Source: Eledone cirrhosa (lineage: Eukaryota). From it: a stretch of DNA of 64,000 nt. Positions 29,013 to 43,500 of this stretch are shown here, one piece after another. Each line of letters begins with the position of its first letter. Position 1 is the stretch's first letter. Location: contig OZ024758.1 in assembly GCA_964016885.1 (NCBI GenBank), forward strand, positions 20,956,001-21,020,000, in the 5' to 3' direction. Under the pieces are notes generated by a model. That model searched no databases, was not told the origin of the DNA, and worked only from the letters and a program-made list of their open reading frames with translations. The position numbers and the translations under genes are program-made.

Positions 29013-29380
29013 TTGTTTCTACTTTTGGCACAAGGCCAGCAATTATCCAGTGTATTACTGGTACTTTATTTTATCGACCCTGTAAGGATGAAAAGCAAAG
29101 TTAACATCGGCGGGATTTGAACTCAGATCATAAAGGGAGGTGACTCTATGCTTCAAAGCATAGCGTCCGACTCTCTGCCGATACTGCCAATCCACCATGC
29201 AGAAATAATAATATACAGAAAAGTACTAAGTTATAGACTGTGTATGCGGTTGTTGAAGTATAACCGTTCTATGTTTTGTACCTGGAATATACTGTGTTAT
29301 ATGCGTCTTGAATAATAATTGTTTATACTTTGGGCACAAGGCCAGCAATTATCACAGTGTATTACTGGTACTTTATTTTA
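29013..29380 (-). mobile_element. SINE S1 (29013-29197, TSD AGAAATAATAAT) and truncated S1 (29320-29380)
   Basis: Reverse-complement S1 consensus. Confidence 0.85.
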
Positions 29381-29382
29381 TA

Positions 29383-29740
29383 ATAATGAAGGTGTGCGAC
29401 GTGTTTGCACACCGGTGAATATATTTTGCAGAGGATTACCAAAGGTTCGAGAAATGTTATTATGTTTAGAGATGTTCTTAATAAGATGGCAAAATACAAA
29501 CATATCCCACTAAAAATATTAATTATGTATATTGTAGAATTGAACGAGGAATTTTAAATGTATATAATCTAACTTGAGATGTATATGTTTATATGTTTAT
29601 ATATACATATATATAAACATATACATCTCAAGTTAGATTATATACATTTAAAATTCCTCGTTCACTTATACAATATACATAATTAATATAACAGTGGGAT
29701 ATGTTTGTATTTTGCCATATTATGAAGAATATTTCTAAAC

Positions 29741-29745
<5 letters not shown>
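29383..29745. mobile_element. Asymmetric inverted insertion interrupting a SINE
   Basis: ~29457-29595 is inverted to ~29612-29745, with a ~75-nt extra tail on the left arm; (TA)n on the right. Confidence 0.65.
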
Positions 29746-29782
<37 letters not shown>

Positions 29783-29849
29783 TATGTAAGTATGCATATA
29801 TATACACATATATATATAAAGATAAGTACGTATGCGAGCATATATATAT

Positions 29850-29984
29850 GAATAGTAATTACGTTTTGAAACAGTGAGCAGGTTTGAAATTAGAAAATAG
29901 AATATCTTTCACCGTATTTTTGACTAAAGAAATTTTAGCCTAAATTTTAGGCTAAAATTTATTTAGCCAAAAATACGGTGAAAG

Positions 29985-29985
<1 letters not shown>
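29850..29985. repeat. Asymmetric palindrome in TA-rich tract
   Basis: ~29907-29945 is inverted to 29946-29984, with a ~55-nt left tail. Confidence 0.55.
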
Positions 29986-30078
<93 letters not shown>

Positions 30079-30082
30079 CACA

Positions 30083-30179
<97 letters not shown>

Positions 30180-30958
30180 TCAAACATGACTATATAAATA
30201 TTTTGCCAATATTTGTTAGTAGCATTTGGAAATTTGCTTAGGAACTCGCTTTGGTTTTCTAATTGACGTTTTCTCCATCATAACATAACATTATATTATA
30301 ATTGGTCATGTAAAATAGACAATAGCCAAGTTACAGTAAACATTACTTGGAGGAAATATATCCAATGTGCTAAATGGAGTTCATTTCCTCCCATTACATT
30401 ATATTAGCCAATGTAATGTTCCATTCAACAAGAGATACGCAACTAAATAGCATTTTCGTTTGAAACATTTCTTATTTCAAGCTCAGTATTACTCCATGTT
30501 CACTCATTCGCTAATAATATCGATTCAACTGTCAAGAGTAAGATATATGATGTTATAGTAAACCCCAAATTCCCTTCGTGTTCTACAGTTCACGCTGCTG
30601 GTTGAATGTAATTGTTTTGAATGCTGTATTTACGAGATTTTAATGCCGAGTAAATCATACACAGGGCGAGATTGAAGCGAGATATAGTTTACCTGAATAC
30701 ATTGCTACCAGATTATAAGCCAACTCAAAATACCACATAAATATCCGACATGAAATAAAACCATTTTTTCACTGCTTTAAGTTGAAGTAAAGTAGCACAC
30801 ATCAGATAAAAGTCCCAAATGGAGCTGGTAACTGTTGGAATGAGTATCTTTAATATATATACACAGGCCCGCAATGTTATCGATGTATGCATATATATAA
30901 TAATAGGAATAATATTAATATTAACAATAATAATAATAATAACAATAATAATAATAAT

Positions 30959-31694
30959 AAAAAGGCTACAGAAGGAATGTTACTGGCTGCGCAAGAGCAG
31001 GCCCTCAAAACGAAGTGGTTGAAACACCATATTTACAAGGTGGATGCTAGCCCACTGTGCAGGATCGGTGGAGAGAGAGCGGAGACTGTGGATCACATTG
31101 TATCCGAGTGTAAAACACCTAGCCCAGACTCACTATAAGGACTGGAGACATGATGTGATGGGCAGGGTGATCCACTGGCACCTATGCAAAGTAAACAATT
31201 TACCACATTCTGAGAAGTGGTATGAGCATAAGCCAGAGTCGGTGATAGAAAACGATCAGGTGAAGGTGCTGTGGATTTTAGAATGAAACTGGAACACAAT
31301 AGACCTGACCTGGTGGTTTTGGACAAGGAAAAAATATCGTGCCTGGTTGTGGATGTGGCCTGCCCATTCGACACGAGAGTGCAAGAGAAGGAGAGGGAGA
31401 AAATTAACCGATACCAGGATTTAAAGTGGGAGGTAAAAAGGATTTGGAACTGCCATGAAGTCAAAGTGATCCCGATTGTCATAGGCGCACTAGGGACTAT
31501 CTCAAAAAGTGTTCAGGGATGGTTAAAGAAAATTGGCCCCTTCACGCTTTTTGGAACGCTTCAAAAGGCATGCTTGCCTGGAACAGCAAGAACCCTCCGC
31601 TACGTCCTGAATATCTGAGGTTGCAGGTAGTGGCTTGATATTCATTTCAACAAACTTTCCAGTTAACTAACATCAATGACTGAGACTCAAAGAG
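30959..31694 (+). mobile_element. R4/Dong-like RLE non-LTR retrotransposon 3' fragment (family 1)
   Basis: KATEGMLLAAQEQAL, CCHC remnant, RHD, NRPDLVV..VDVACPFD, EKINRYQDL, IPIVIGALG; (TAA)n tail; frameshifted. Confidence 0.88.
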
Positions 31695-31716
31695 TAATAA
31701 CAACAACAACAACAAC

Positions 31717-31789
<73 letters not shown>

Positions 31790-31792
<3 letters not shown>

Positions 31793-32195
31793 GTATGTTC
31801 CAATAGACAAGAATGTATCTATAAAAACATTTGAAAAATTGAGCATGTATAAGGACCTGGAGATAGAAATTGGAAAAATGTGGAAATTGAGAACTAAAAC
31901 AATACCAGTGGTTGTAGGCGCTCTGGGAATGATACCTAATGGGTCTAATGATTACTTATCGCAAATCCCAGGAAACCCGCGTATAGGAGAAATACAAAAG
32001 ATAGTACTAATGGGAACTGCCCATATACTAAGGAAGATTCTGTCAATATAAGTACATCACAAGTCTAAACACTAAAGATGCATGTGTGAGTATGTATGTT
32101 CTTCCTTGAACATGGCGGACCTTGTTGTCTCTTGAGGTCACTGGTTGTGACTTGGTGATAACTCGTATGAACATAAAGCAAGATAAATGCAACTC
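31790..32195 (+). mobile_element. R4/Dong-like 3' fragment (family 2)
   Basis: VPIDKNVSIKTFEKLSMYKDLEIEIGKMW..TIPVVVGALG..IQKIVLMGTAHILRKIL; (TAA)n flanks. Confidence 0.85.
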
Positions 32196-32236
32196 TAATA
32201 ATAATAATAATAATTATTATTATTATTATTATTATT

Positions 32237-33381
32237 AGGTACAGTGCGGGAATTCTGAGATGGAATGTTGCTGAACAAAAAGAAATGGATAGGAATACTA
32301 GGAAGCTATTGACTATCTACAACATGTTCCACAAGAGGAGTGATGTCGATAGACTCTACTTAAGGAGATCTGAGGGTGGAAGAGGTCTTATCAGCATAGA
32401 GGACTGTCTTCAGATGGAGAAAAACAACCTACGCAAATACGTGACTGATAGTAAGGAGCCAATGCTCAGAACTGTACTGAAGGAGGGGACAATAGGCCAG
32501 GGGATGTCTAAGGAGGAAATAACATCAAGGAGAAAGAGCAGCCTTCAGGAAAAATCCCTTCATAGTACCTTCTTTGAGAAAACTGAATTTAGAGATCCAC
32601 AGACATGGAACTGGTTGAGAAGAGGAGACCTTAAAAAGGCTACAGAAGGAATGTTAATGTCTGCGCAGGAGCAGGCCCTCAAAACGAAGTGGTTGAAACA
32701 CCATATTTACAAGGACGTGGCTAGCCCACTGTGCAGGATCTGTGGAGAGAGAGAGGAGACTGTGGATCACATTGTATCCGAGTGTAAACACTAAGCCCAG
32801 ACCCACTATAAGGGCTGGAGACATGATGTGATGGGCAGGGTGATCCACTGGCACCTGTGCAAAGTAAACAATTTACCACATTCTGAGAAATAGTATGAGC
32901 ATAAGCCAGACGCGGTGATAGAGAACGATCAGGTGAAGGTGCTGTGGGACTTTAGGATACAGACGGACAAGAAACTGGAACACAATAGACCTGAACTGGT
33001 GGTGGTGGACAAAGAAAAAAGATCGTGCCTGATTGTGGATGTGGCCTACCCATTCGACACGAGAGTGCAAGAGAAGGAGAGGGAGAAAATTAACCGATAC
33101 CAGGACTTAAAGTGGGAGGCAAAAAGGATTTGGAACTGCCATGAAGTCAAAGTGATCCCGATTGTCATAGGCGCACTGGGGACTATCTCCAAAAGTTTCC
33201 AGGGATGGTTAAAGTAAATCGGCCCCTTCACGCTTTTTGGAACGCTTCAAAAGGCATACTTGCTGGGAACAGCAAGAACCCTCCGATACGTCCTGAATAT
33301 CTGAGGCTGCAGGTAGTGGCTTGATATTCATTCCAACAAACTTTCCAGCTAACTAACATAAAATGACTGAGACTCAAGGAG
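32237..33381 (+). mobile_element. R4/Dong-like 3' fragment (family 1, longer)
   Basis: DRNTRKLLT..HKRSDVDRLYL.R.EGGRGL, CRICGEREETVDHIVSEC, RHD, RLE motifs; stops and a frameshift; (TAA)n tail. Confidence 0.9.
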
Positions 33382-33388
33382 TAATAAC

Positions 33389-33446
<58 letters not shown>

Positions 33447-33450
<4 letters not shown>

Positions 33451-33652
33451 TACAAAAGATAGTACTAAAGGGAACTGTCCATAGACTAAGGAAGATTCTG
33501 TCAATATAAGTACATCACAAGTCTAAACACTAAAGATGCATGTGTGAATATGTATGTTCTTTCTTGAACATGGCGGACCTTGTTGTCTCTTGAGGTCACT
33601 GGTTGTGACTTGGTGATAACTCGTATGAACATAAAGCAAGATAAATGCAACT

Positions 33653-33653
<1 letters not shown>
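33447..33653 (+). mobile_element. R4/Dong-like 3' end (family 2, short)
   Basis: Near-identical to ~31990-32195; (TAA)n flanks. Confidence 0.85.
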
Positions 33654-33738
<85 letters not shown>

Positions 33739-34334
33739 TATACGGAAAGTCCGCATTCTCACGTAATCTCACTAAAGAAATTTGACTTTACGAACTTATC
33801 CGAATATGGAAACTTCTCCAAATGTTGTTTCATTTGCGAAGTGTTCGTCTGTGAATTTTCATGACAAAACTCTATCTGGAAATGTAGTAAAACTGAATGC
33901 CTTTTAGAGAATTGATTACCCTTTAGATCGATATTGTTTCTCTCATTATTGAATATATTTCTTTCCGTCAGTGGATTTAATAAGTATGTATAGTCTTATT
34001 AGATTATATTAATAAAAGGTGACATATATTACGATCCGTCATAGCTGTAGTACATAAACTTGAGGAAGACAATCCTTGTGCGTTCCGTTTTTCAGGTATT
34101 TTCCTTTGATTAAAATAGAAACATAAAACCTAATATAGATACATAAAATCTAAACAGAATGATTTAGCTTTATACTGTATAGACTTCCTTTGTAAACGAT
34201 TCAATATATCACGTTATACAAATATTGTGTATCAGCCTACAGTCTCGAGAAAATATTTCAGATTGAAAAATAAAAAAACGCTATGCTATAAATCATGATT
34301 TATTGACAAAGTAATATTTCCACATACATAAAAA

Positions 34335-34409
<75 letters not shown>

Positions 34410-34475
34410 ATCTGCGTATATATATATATACAGATTTTAGTCTTCACATTTATTATTATTAATATATGTATATAT

Positions 34476-34526
<51 letters not shown>

Positions 34527-34638
34527 TATTTCTTTTATTTGCCACTAGGGCATCAAAAGTGGGACAAGTACAAAGGGGGGAGTTTACACAAAAAGGCGTC
34601 CTCAATAAGGAGGAGGCAATAACAAAATATAAAAATAA

Positions 34639-34640
<2 letters not shown>
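34527..34640 (-). mobile_element. 3' end of the same Tx1-like family, within (GATA)n
   Basis: Reverse complement of ~41245-41357; flanked by (GATA)n on both sides. Confidence 0.7.
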
Positions 34641-34699
<59 letters not shown>

Positions 34700-34829
34700 G
34701 CGAGAAAGCGAGAGATAGAGAGAGAGAGAGAAAGAGTCGAAGTCAGTGATGCAGCATATGTACAAACTTATTAGTAAGCATAGATATTTTCCCCAGAATT
34801 ACTTAACACGTTGGGAATGGAATGAGAGC

Positions 34830-35535
34830 TGTTATTTACTTCAGTAGACAACAGAATCTACAGCATATAGTAATGGCTATTATCGTTAGGAGTTCAAATT
34901 CAGCCGAGTTTAGCCTTGCCTTGCCTTTCATCATTATGGATCGATAAAATAATATACCAGTAATCAACTAGGGTGGAATCATTCGATTTCCACATTCCTT
35001 GTGGAAACCATTACCATGTTTATCAGTGTTAACGGAAGTAGGGCGGTGGATTGGTTTCCCTTCATAGAGTTACGTCCCTATTTCAAATTATGCCTATGTT
35101 AGCTTTGCCTTTCATCCTTACATGGTCGAGATAATAAACGACCAGTAATGCACTGGGGTAGATTTGACCCCCCCCCCATATTGGGGGCATTTTGCCTAAA
35201 TCAAAACCTAACTTTACCTTTCATCCTTACCGGTCGATAAAATAAAGTACCAGTAGTGTTCTGGGTAATTGCTAGCCTTGTGCCAATAGTAGAAACAATT
35301 ATTAGTAACTGAACTGAAGGTGGTGGATTGGCAGAATCGGTAGAGCGTCTGACACCATGCTTTGCACCATAGAGTGACGGCCCTTTATGGTATTAGGTCA
35401 AATCATACTGAGGTTAACTTTGCCTTTCATCCTTACGAGGTCGATAACATAAAGCACCAGTAATGTACTGGGGTAGATTTAATCGAATTTCCCCTCCCCT
35501 AATATTGTTGGCCGCGTGCCTCAATCAGAAAACAT
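34830..35535 (+). mobile_element. Cluster of ~4 same-orientation SINE S1 copies
   Basis: Repeated GCCTTTCATCC..GTCGA..TACCAG; last copy has TSD ATTATTAGTAACTGAA. Confidence 0.8.
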
Positions 35536-35573
35536 TATTAGTAACTGAAGTAGTATGAACATCATTATCATAA

Positions 35574-35728
<155 letters not shown>

Positions 35729-35880
35729 AGTGTAACTTGGGGGTACTGCAGGGTCCGTCGAGCTGCCGATTATTGAGTCAAGTAAGATCGATACAGATCG
35801 AACCTTGAGCTGCTCAAGAAACGCGCGTCACCTACCAATAAATGTAATGAAGGAGTAACCAATCCTCCTTGTTATCCTTT

Positions 35881-35940
<60 letters not shown>

Positions 35941-35944
<4 letters not shown>

Positions 35945-36114
35945 AAAAAGGGATGAAATCGAAAATGCAACTGAAGTCTTATTTTTTTTTTAAATATATA
36001 TATTTTAAAAAAAAATAAGACTTCAGTTGCATTTTCGATTTCATCCCTTTTTCTTTATACTTCCACTCGTGTAGGACACCTCGGTTATTTTTCATTTTGT
36101 AAAAAAAACCTCAC

Positions 36115-36121
<7 letters not shown>
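35941..36121. mobile_element. PLE-end inverted insertion, family B
   Basis: Arms 35941-35996 / 36000-36056 plus a 65-nt tail, in (TA)n. Confidence 0.75.
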
Positions 36122-36180
<59 letters not shown>

Positions 36181-36181
<1 letters not shown>

Positions 36182-36423
36182 ATGAAGAAAGTGTGGTAAT
36201 AGGACAATGTTCAGGACCCGGACGGCTATTTCTGGGCTGGAATCAGTCCAGAAGTAGACGTCGGAACGTATGCTACGAAGATGTTCTATGGTACATATTA
36301 TATTGAATATATTAGCCACAATGTCCAATAATAGATGTATATTTTCTTCTGCTTTTCTGTTCACGTTCATTGTGATATTTGGTGTGTGTGTATTTGTTAT
36401 TTTCTAATTTCCTTTCTATGATT

Positions 36424-36474
<51 letters not shown>

Positions 36475-36671
36475 CGAAGGAAATGTGGTAAGGAACCAGG
36501 TAGACCATAACGCACCAAAGTACTCAATACTTGAGGTAGTAGAGTGGGTAATAGGAACCAGTAAGACCCCAACAGCTGAGCTCAAGCCGTTTCGACGGCT
36601 AATTCTGGACATTATTGTCCAGAATTAGTCGTCGAGACGGCTTGAGCTCAGCTGTCGGGGTCTTACTGGTT

Positions 36672-36729
<58 letters not shown>

Positions 36730-36852
36730 TGTATTTATATATAGGCTCGTTTCAACGGCTATTTCGGGGATGGTATCAGTCCAGAAGTTTGACGTCGGAA
36801 CGGATTGATCTCTGTCGTCGGGGTCCTGAACATTTTCCTATTACCCACTCAA
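36181..36852. mobile_element. Older family-A-related pLTR fragments (36181-36270, 36745-36852) surrounding the young family-A mini element
   Basis: GGTAATAGGACAATGTTCAGGACCC at ~36195 is the inverse of GGGTCCTGAACATTTTCCTATTACC at ~36821; both carry a GACGTCGGAACG stem II/GAAA remnant. Confidence 0.5.
36473..36674. mobile_element. Mini PLE insertion, family A
   Basis: Same termini as 24247-27244; arms 36473-36610 and 36617-36674 joined by ATTATT; (TA)n flanks. Confidence 0.88.
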
Positions 36853-36891
<39 letters not shown>

Positions 36892-37957
36892 TCCATCTTA
36901 TCTATTCCATAATCCAGATTGTACCACTTGGATCTATTACGATATCACATTATCAACATCATCATCATCATCATTATAATTATAATTATAATTGTCATCA
37001 TATATCAAAGAACACCATCAAAACCTCTCATATTTATATTCATATTTTATATATATATATTTTTCAATCTTTATCTTTATATTTCTCTCCGTAAATTTAT
37101 TTCATCTCTGTCATTTTATTTTATCATATAATATAACTTAAAGCTAATTAATTAATTTGTTTATTAAATAACCAATACACACATAAATATATTTAACATT
37201 ATCATATGTTCACCTCATTATCTCTCCATACATTTCAACAATACTCAAAAACCATTCTCAATAATTTGAATATGTTTAAATATTCTTCGCACATTTTTAC
37301 TCTGCTTACTCCTTTTACGTATTTATTTTTATTCTTCATGTTTCACATTTTATACCATTTTATATCACATTAGATAAAACTTATTTATTTATTTATTTAT
37401 TTATTCATCACTTTTTTATATATTGTTTAAATATATTTTTTCATGTATTTTTATTTTTATTTACATTTATTCATGTATTAACGTTTATTCATCTATTTGT
37501 CCCTCTATTCTTCTTTCTATCCTACGTTATTTTTAGTTATGTTTGTCTTTCCTCTAACAACCATGTTCTATATATCTTCCTCTCTTTATATTTCTATCTA
37601 TAATCATTTCTCCTTTTCTTCTTCTTTCTCTTTTTATTTTCCTTTTTCCTTCTTCTTTCTCCTTCCTTTCCTTTCTTTCTTTACTGTACGTATCTCCCTT
37701 TCTTCGGCCTTTTCTCTCTATATCTTTATATTAATATTATTATTGATGATGTAATTTGAATTCGTAAATTTACCGGTTACATATATATTTTTTTAACAGT
37801 TTCCGATGATCTAATAGTGTTAACATCGTGTTTAAAATTTAGTGGCACTACTGTTAGTGTTCATCAATTTTTAGACAACTCTATCAGTGAAACAATCGAT
37901 AGACTGCAAATAAATCCCCTTTGTTGTACTGTTCACCATGTTATTCTCCACTTTTTC

Positions 37958-38032
<75 letters not shown>

Positions 38033-38076
38033 TATATATATATATATATATAATTGGAAACTGCTTCGTAGAATCG

Positions 38077-38173
38077 AGACATATCTGAAGATCTTACGAT
38101 TTCAGAGCAAGGTTTGATCAATGCATCGATCGTGCCTGAAGCTGGTCGCCAGAGAAACGATTGTAATATGTCT
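38077..38173 (+). ncRNA. Type I hammerhead with long stem II
   Basis: AGACATAT-CTGAAGA-TCT..TTTCAG..CTGAAG..AGA-GAAA-CGATTG-TA-ATATGTCT followed by AATAAA; 8-bp stem I; (TA)n flanks. Confidence 0.78.
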
Positions 38174-38638
38174 AATAAATCTTATTCGTCGCACCACAGA
38201 CTGTCTGTTTCTTATGTGATATACATATATATATATGTTTGTTTCTTTGCTCTAGCATTCGTTTCATTTATTCCTCTAGTTATACAAAGTAACACTACAA
38301 ATGCGGGGTAGGATGTCACGAGTCACAACGATTGTAGGTGTCATACAATTGAATAATAAAATATTTAAATTTTATGAATTATAAATGGCTTTTCAGATCC
38401 ACTGAACAAATTAACTTTTCCTCGTAAATGACTAACTTGTGACATTAACATTTTATATATGCCATTAGTCAGATGTTTAATTACACTAACATTTTAGGTA
38501 ATTTAGGAATGGACTTATAAAACTCTCTCATATGTTTATTGCTGCAGACAAACTGTGCATATATATATATATATATATACATATATATATAAATGGGTGT
38601 CAATATCTACATTATTGTGTATTAAATTATACCATCTC

Positions 38639-38695
<57 letters not shown>

Positions 38696-38969
38696 GGAAA
38701 AAATGAAAGGAAATTTCATTTCTCACTTTTAGTACGGCTATTAAAAAATATAAGTATGTATACATACATATATGTATACAGATGTACAGTAGTATGTATA
38801 TATATATATATATATATATATACATACATGCACACACATATATATATGTACGTATGGATTCACCGAACATTTATTATAATGCTCGCTGTGTTTGTAAACA
38901 AACATCCCGAATTAAGCCGTACAGTGTCTAGCAACCATCGTTGCTCATTTGTTCAACATGAATATGGGA

Positions 38970-39125
38970 TATCAGGTGTAGTGTTGGCGAAATTCAGGAA
39001 GCATAGAACTTTTAAAGGCTGCAGTGTCTTGGCAGCTAACAACTGATGCAGATAGTTTGTTCATTGCATCAGCAATTCTGTGTGTAAAAATCTGGTGAAT
39101 CTGAAGATCATATTTTTGGCTTGAG
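38970..39125 (-). mobile_element. Degenerate CR1/L2-like LINE 3' fragment
   Basis: Minus strand reads FTHRIADAMNKLSASVVSCQDTAAFKSSM, resembling the FFS.RV...WN.LP..VV......FK C-terminus. Confidence 0.5.
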
Positions 39126-39434
39126 AGTAATGTGGGTATTTAAGAGTGCGAATATCTGGAGTTTTTAAGTAATGAAATATCAAGGATATAAAGTATATGT
39201 GAGATATTTTACGGAGTTATCGAATATAGAGGAGGATTATAATGACAAATATTCTCGCCTGGTGATGTTTTATAGTTTGAATGAAGCTTTTATAATCGAA
39301 TCTTGAAAGTAAGGACTGAGATCCATCTCTTACTAGAGATTAATAAAGGATATACATTTTGCTTTTACACAGATTACCACGCCGACGGTTCTATACTCCT
39401 ATCTGCTTCTATCATATAAATAAAAGGATTTGGA

Positions 39435-39512
<78 letters not shown>

Positions 39513-39690
39513 TAACAGATTAAAGTTTAAGCAAAAATCGGTGCTTTCACCCATAACGGGATCTTCTGAAACTAACAAATAGTTGCTCTATATTCCTTAT
39601 ATATTTGATATATATTTATCCTTATCGAGCCCTCTTTGGATTTTAGTCTTCAGATTTATTATTAATATTACTATATATATATATATGGCT

Positions 39691-39731
<41 letters not shown>

Positions 39732-40384
39732 ACCGTACTAAGAGTGAGAAATGAAATTTCAGTTTTTCCATATATATATATATATATATTATATTATATT
39801 ATATTATATTATATTATATATCATAATATACCCATTGAAGTACAAACACAAGTAATACATGTCTAATGTTGTCGGACTGTTTAACAAGATTCCGAATCTA
39901 ATTGTCAATTCACTGCATAATCTGTAAGATAATATCCGGAAAGGAAGATGAAACCCAGAATCTTTGAATTTAACAAGAAAACAATATATGTAGCATTTCG
40001 TATAATAGGGATTTCTTAGTTATCCAATTTTATATAAATATTGAAGGTAAATAAATTGTGAACAAAGATAATATCTTTACATTCTAGAAAGCAGAAATCA
40101 AAGATTAGCAAATCCCTTCAACTATCGATTACCAGATATTTGATATGTCTTATCGAGTTTAGATTCAAAACTTTTTGATGTTATTCTCTATCAAGTAGAG
40201 TTTGAATTAAGTATTTGCGGGAAATGCAAATTCAAGACAATCGACTTTAATCAAAGCATGTTTAGAAGAGCAACAAATGAACAAAATATTATGAGGGTTA
40301 TAGAAGTCAAATAGCTTGAAATGAGAAACATCACTTCAAGGAGATATGACTACCACACTGGTACTTCTAATATGTAATACACCG

Positions 40385-40637
40385 CCCTTTTCACCGCCAT
40401 TGTCAGGGGTGGTCTACTCGCAGACGGTAAGACTGGCCTACGGAAGTGGCTCTTTCAACGCGTCTCCCTCACCATCTTCTGGGAAACACCTACACTATCC
40501 TGTCACCAGGGGCCGCGGGGCAGCAGGCTCGTGGGCCCCGATTTGCTTATAAGAATGAGATATGGAGAGAAGAGAGACAGTGGGTGAAAGGGAAAGAAAC
40601 AAGGGATGTACAACTACAACTACTACTACTACTACTA
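40385..40637 (+). mobile_element. Probable CRE-like RLE retrotransposon 3' end with (CTA)n tail
   Basis: WLFQRVSLTI..GNTYTIL (frameshifted) resembles the QRISIAIQRGNA C-terminal motif; GC-rich island. Confidence 0.45.
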
Positions 40638-40813
40638 TATCCGTTACTACTAACATGTTTATTATTGCCTTACAATCATATTCATGGAATATTACAATAT
40701 TTAAATACAGTATAGCTTACATTTAACATATCGTAACTTAATAAATTACAGAGAAAATAGTTATGGAAAACTCGACTACCATTAAAGGAAATCTATCTAT
40801 TTAACTAACATGT

Positions 40814-41357
40814 AACGATCAAGCCGCCTCCCCTCTTCAAAAACGAAGAAGAGGCGGTGTTTCTGTGCGTAATAGCCATGGCGAAAGAGGTTGTATGGTG
40901 GACGCGTCTGAAAGGACTGAGGTCAGACACCTTTCTCTCTGGCCAACAACTGGTCCGTTTCTTCCGATATCATTTCGGAAGAAGGATCAGGATGGAGAGA
41001 GAGGTGCTGCACCCCAGCCTTTTTTAATGAAAGATGGGTGAAAGTGGCGAGAATGGCCCGTGTGAATGGGCCTTCACTCTACATCAGACTATAGGTGAGG
41101 AAGATGATAGATCAAGGGAGAACCCCTTCTCTGTGCTCCTGAGGAAAAGGGTTGCACACTTTTTTTCGTGGGTGTGTGCGACCCCCCAGGCGCCTCTTCT
41201 CTATTGAGTATTTTGTTATAAATTTTATTCTGTTATATTTTATTTTATTTTTATATTTTGTTATTGCCTCCTCCTTATTGAGGACGCCTTGTTTTGTAAA
41301 CTCCCCCCATTGTACTTGTCCCACTTTTGATGCCCTGGTGGCAAATAAAAGAAACAT
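40814..41357 (+). mobile_element. L1/Tx1-like LINE 3' fragment with 19-bp TSD
   Basis: Translates FLCVIAMAKEVVWWTRLKG..FFRYHFGRRIRMEREVL/ERWVKVARMARV. TSD ATCTATTT(A/C)ACTAACATGT at 40795-40813 and 41358-41376. Clade call is from recalled similarity. Confidence 0.65.
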
Positions 41358-41640
41358 ATCTATTTCACTAACATGTTTAGCATACAGAACATCGGTTAGT
41401 CATGCCCATTTGCATATAGTACGGACCTGGCTAGTTTGGATTATTTCGCTGTGTAACTAGCATTCGTGGTTACAAGTGTATAGAGGAGCGTATAGGATAG
41501 GGTTATGTCTGATAAACATAGCGTTTTCTACACAAACACATCATGAGTAAATATCACAACTTAGGAAGTCATATCGAGAAAGAGCTGTTTGGAATTCACG
41601 TCACTACAGGCAGTCGGAGGCATACGTTGACATATATATT

Positions 41641-41987
41641 AATTGTTTCCATTTTGGTACAAGTAGTTTATGTTATTGACTCTGTAAGACAAAGTTAACT
41701 TTGGCGGGATATGAACGCAGACGATAAAGGGCCGTAACTCTTTTCTGCAAAGCATGGCGTCAGGCACTCTACCGATACTGCCAATCCACAGCCTTGAATA
41801 TATATAATAATTGTTTCTAATTTTGGCACAAGGCAAGCAATAACGCAGTACATTACTGGTACTTTATTTTATCGACCCTGTAAGGATGAAAGGCAAAGTT
41901 AACCTCGACGGCATTTGAACTCAGACCGTAAAGAAACGTAACTATGTTAGAAAGCATAGCGTCCAACCCTCTACTGATACTGCCAAT
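41641..41987 (-). mobile_element. Two tandem SINE S1 copies
   Basis: Reverse-complement S1. Confidence 0.85.
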
Positions 41988-42349
41988 ATATTAATATCTA
42001 TCGATCAGGTCCAGGTTAGTCTTTAAACTGTCTGTATTTTCGTTGTTGTAATATTAATGTGGCAACATGCCTCTTGTCACATTATTCATTGTCTCTATTA
42101 CCTTATTGTGCTCACTCTGAGGAGTAATTTATTAATTACTCTCATTGAGTGCTTTCTGGCAACCTCCCAAAGTCGGCTGCGAATCTGCTACTGGCAGCTG
42201 CAACTTCGATTACACTCAGTACTATTATATATATATATATACTTATAGGAATTTATTTGTTTTAATACTGTATATGATTCGATAGTTCCAGACATATGTC
42301 TGGAAGAAACGATCGTTAGCAATTAAATGTGTTAAACAGAAATTTGATT

Positions 42350-42429
<80 letters not shown>

Positions 42430-42472
42430 CATATATATATATACATACATGTACATATACATGTATATATAC

Positions 42473-42548
<76 letters not shown>

Positions 42549-43348
42549 GTGTGTGTGTATGTATGTATGTATGTACGTATGAATATTGTAATACTTTTGT
42601 ATGATCATGAGTTCTCCAATATATAAACACACACGCACACACATACACATACACACTCACACATATATATATATATATATCTATATATATATAGATAGAT
42701 ATATTGATACATCTTTATATAAGCGTGTATGGTTGTGTTTATGCTTATGTGAACAAAGAAAAACTATTCGCATGTGTGCATGCCTTATGATAGCCCTCAC
42801 TAGTGCGTATATTTTACACATATCGTTAACATAAATGCGTAAATAAAACAGCCATTGTTTTTAAGTACCAGTATGCAAGGTTGTCTCATTATAATTAATG
42901 TATAGAAATTGAAATCGTTAACAGGTATAAAATGTACACGAAGAAAAATAGAAAATAATACAAATTACAATACTCAAGGCAGAATTCAATTCGTTGCATT
43001 ATCATTAACTAGGTTTTTATTATTAAGTTCCTCATTAAGAATATATTAATTAACAAAGATTTTGTCTTCGTATATATGTACATGTACGCATATCTGTTGT
43101 ATACGTATGGTTGTTTGTGTGAGATAATTGTGTGAGTTGTTATATTGAGATAGAGAATGCAATGTTGTTATACGTAACTTAGTATCAATTCATATTTTCA
43201 TTAGATGCATTTACACTTTCCATTTGTGTCATTGCCTCGTATACTTGTATACGTTTAACTTAATATGTTTTACATTGTAATACCCATTTAAAATTACATA
43301 CCTTCATTTAAAAGCTTGTTAGAACATTATTTTCTGTTATTATTACTA

Positions 43349-43500
43349 ATGCTTTGACGCATAGAGTTACGGCCCTTGCCATTCTGAGTTCAAATCCCGC
43401 CGAGGTTAACTTTGCATTTCATCCTTACGGGGTCGATAAAATAAAGTACCAGTAATACACTGTGATAATTGCTGGCCTTGTGCCAAAAGTAGAAATAATT
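43349..43500 (+). mobile_element. SINE S1, 5'-truncated
   Basis: S1 body and tail. Confidence 0.85.
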
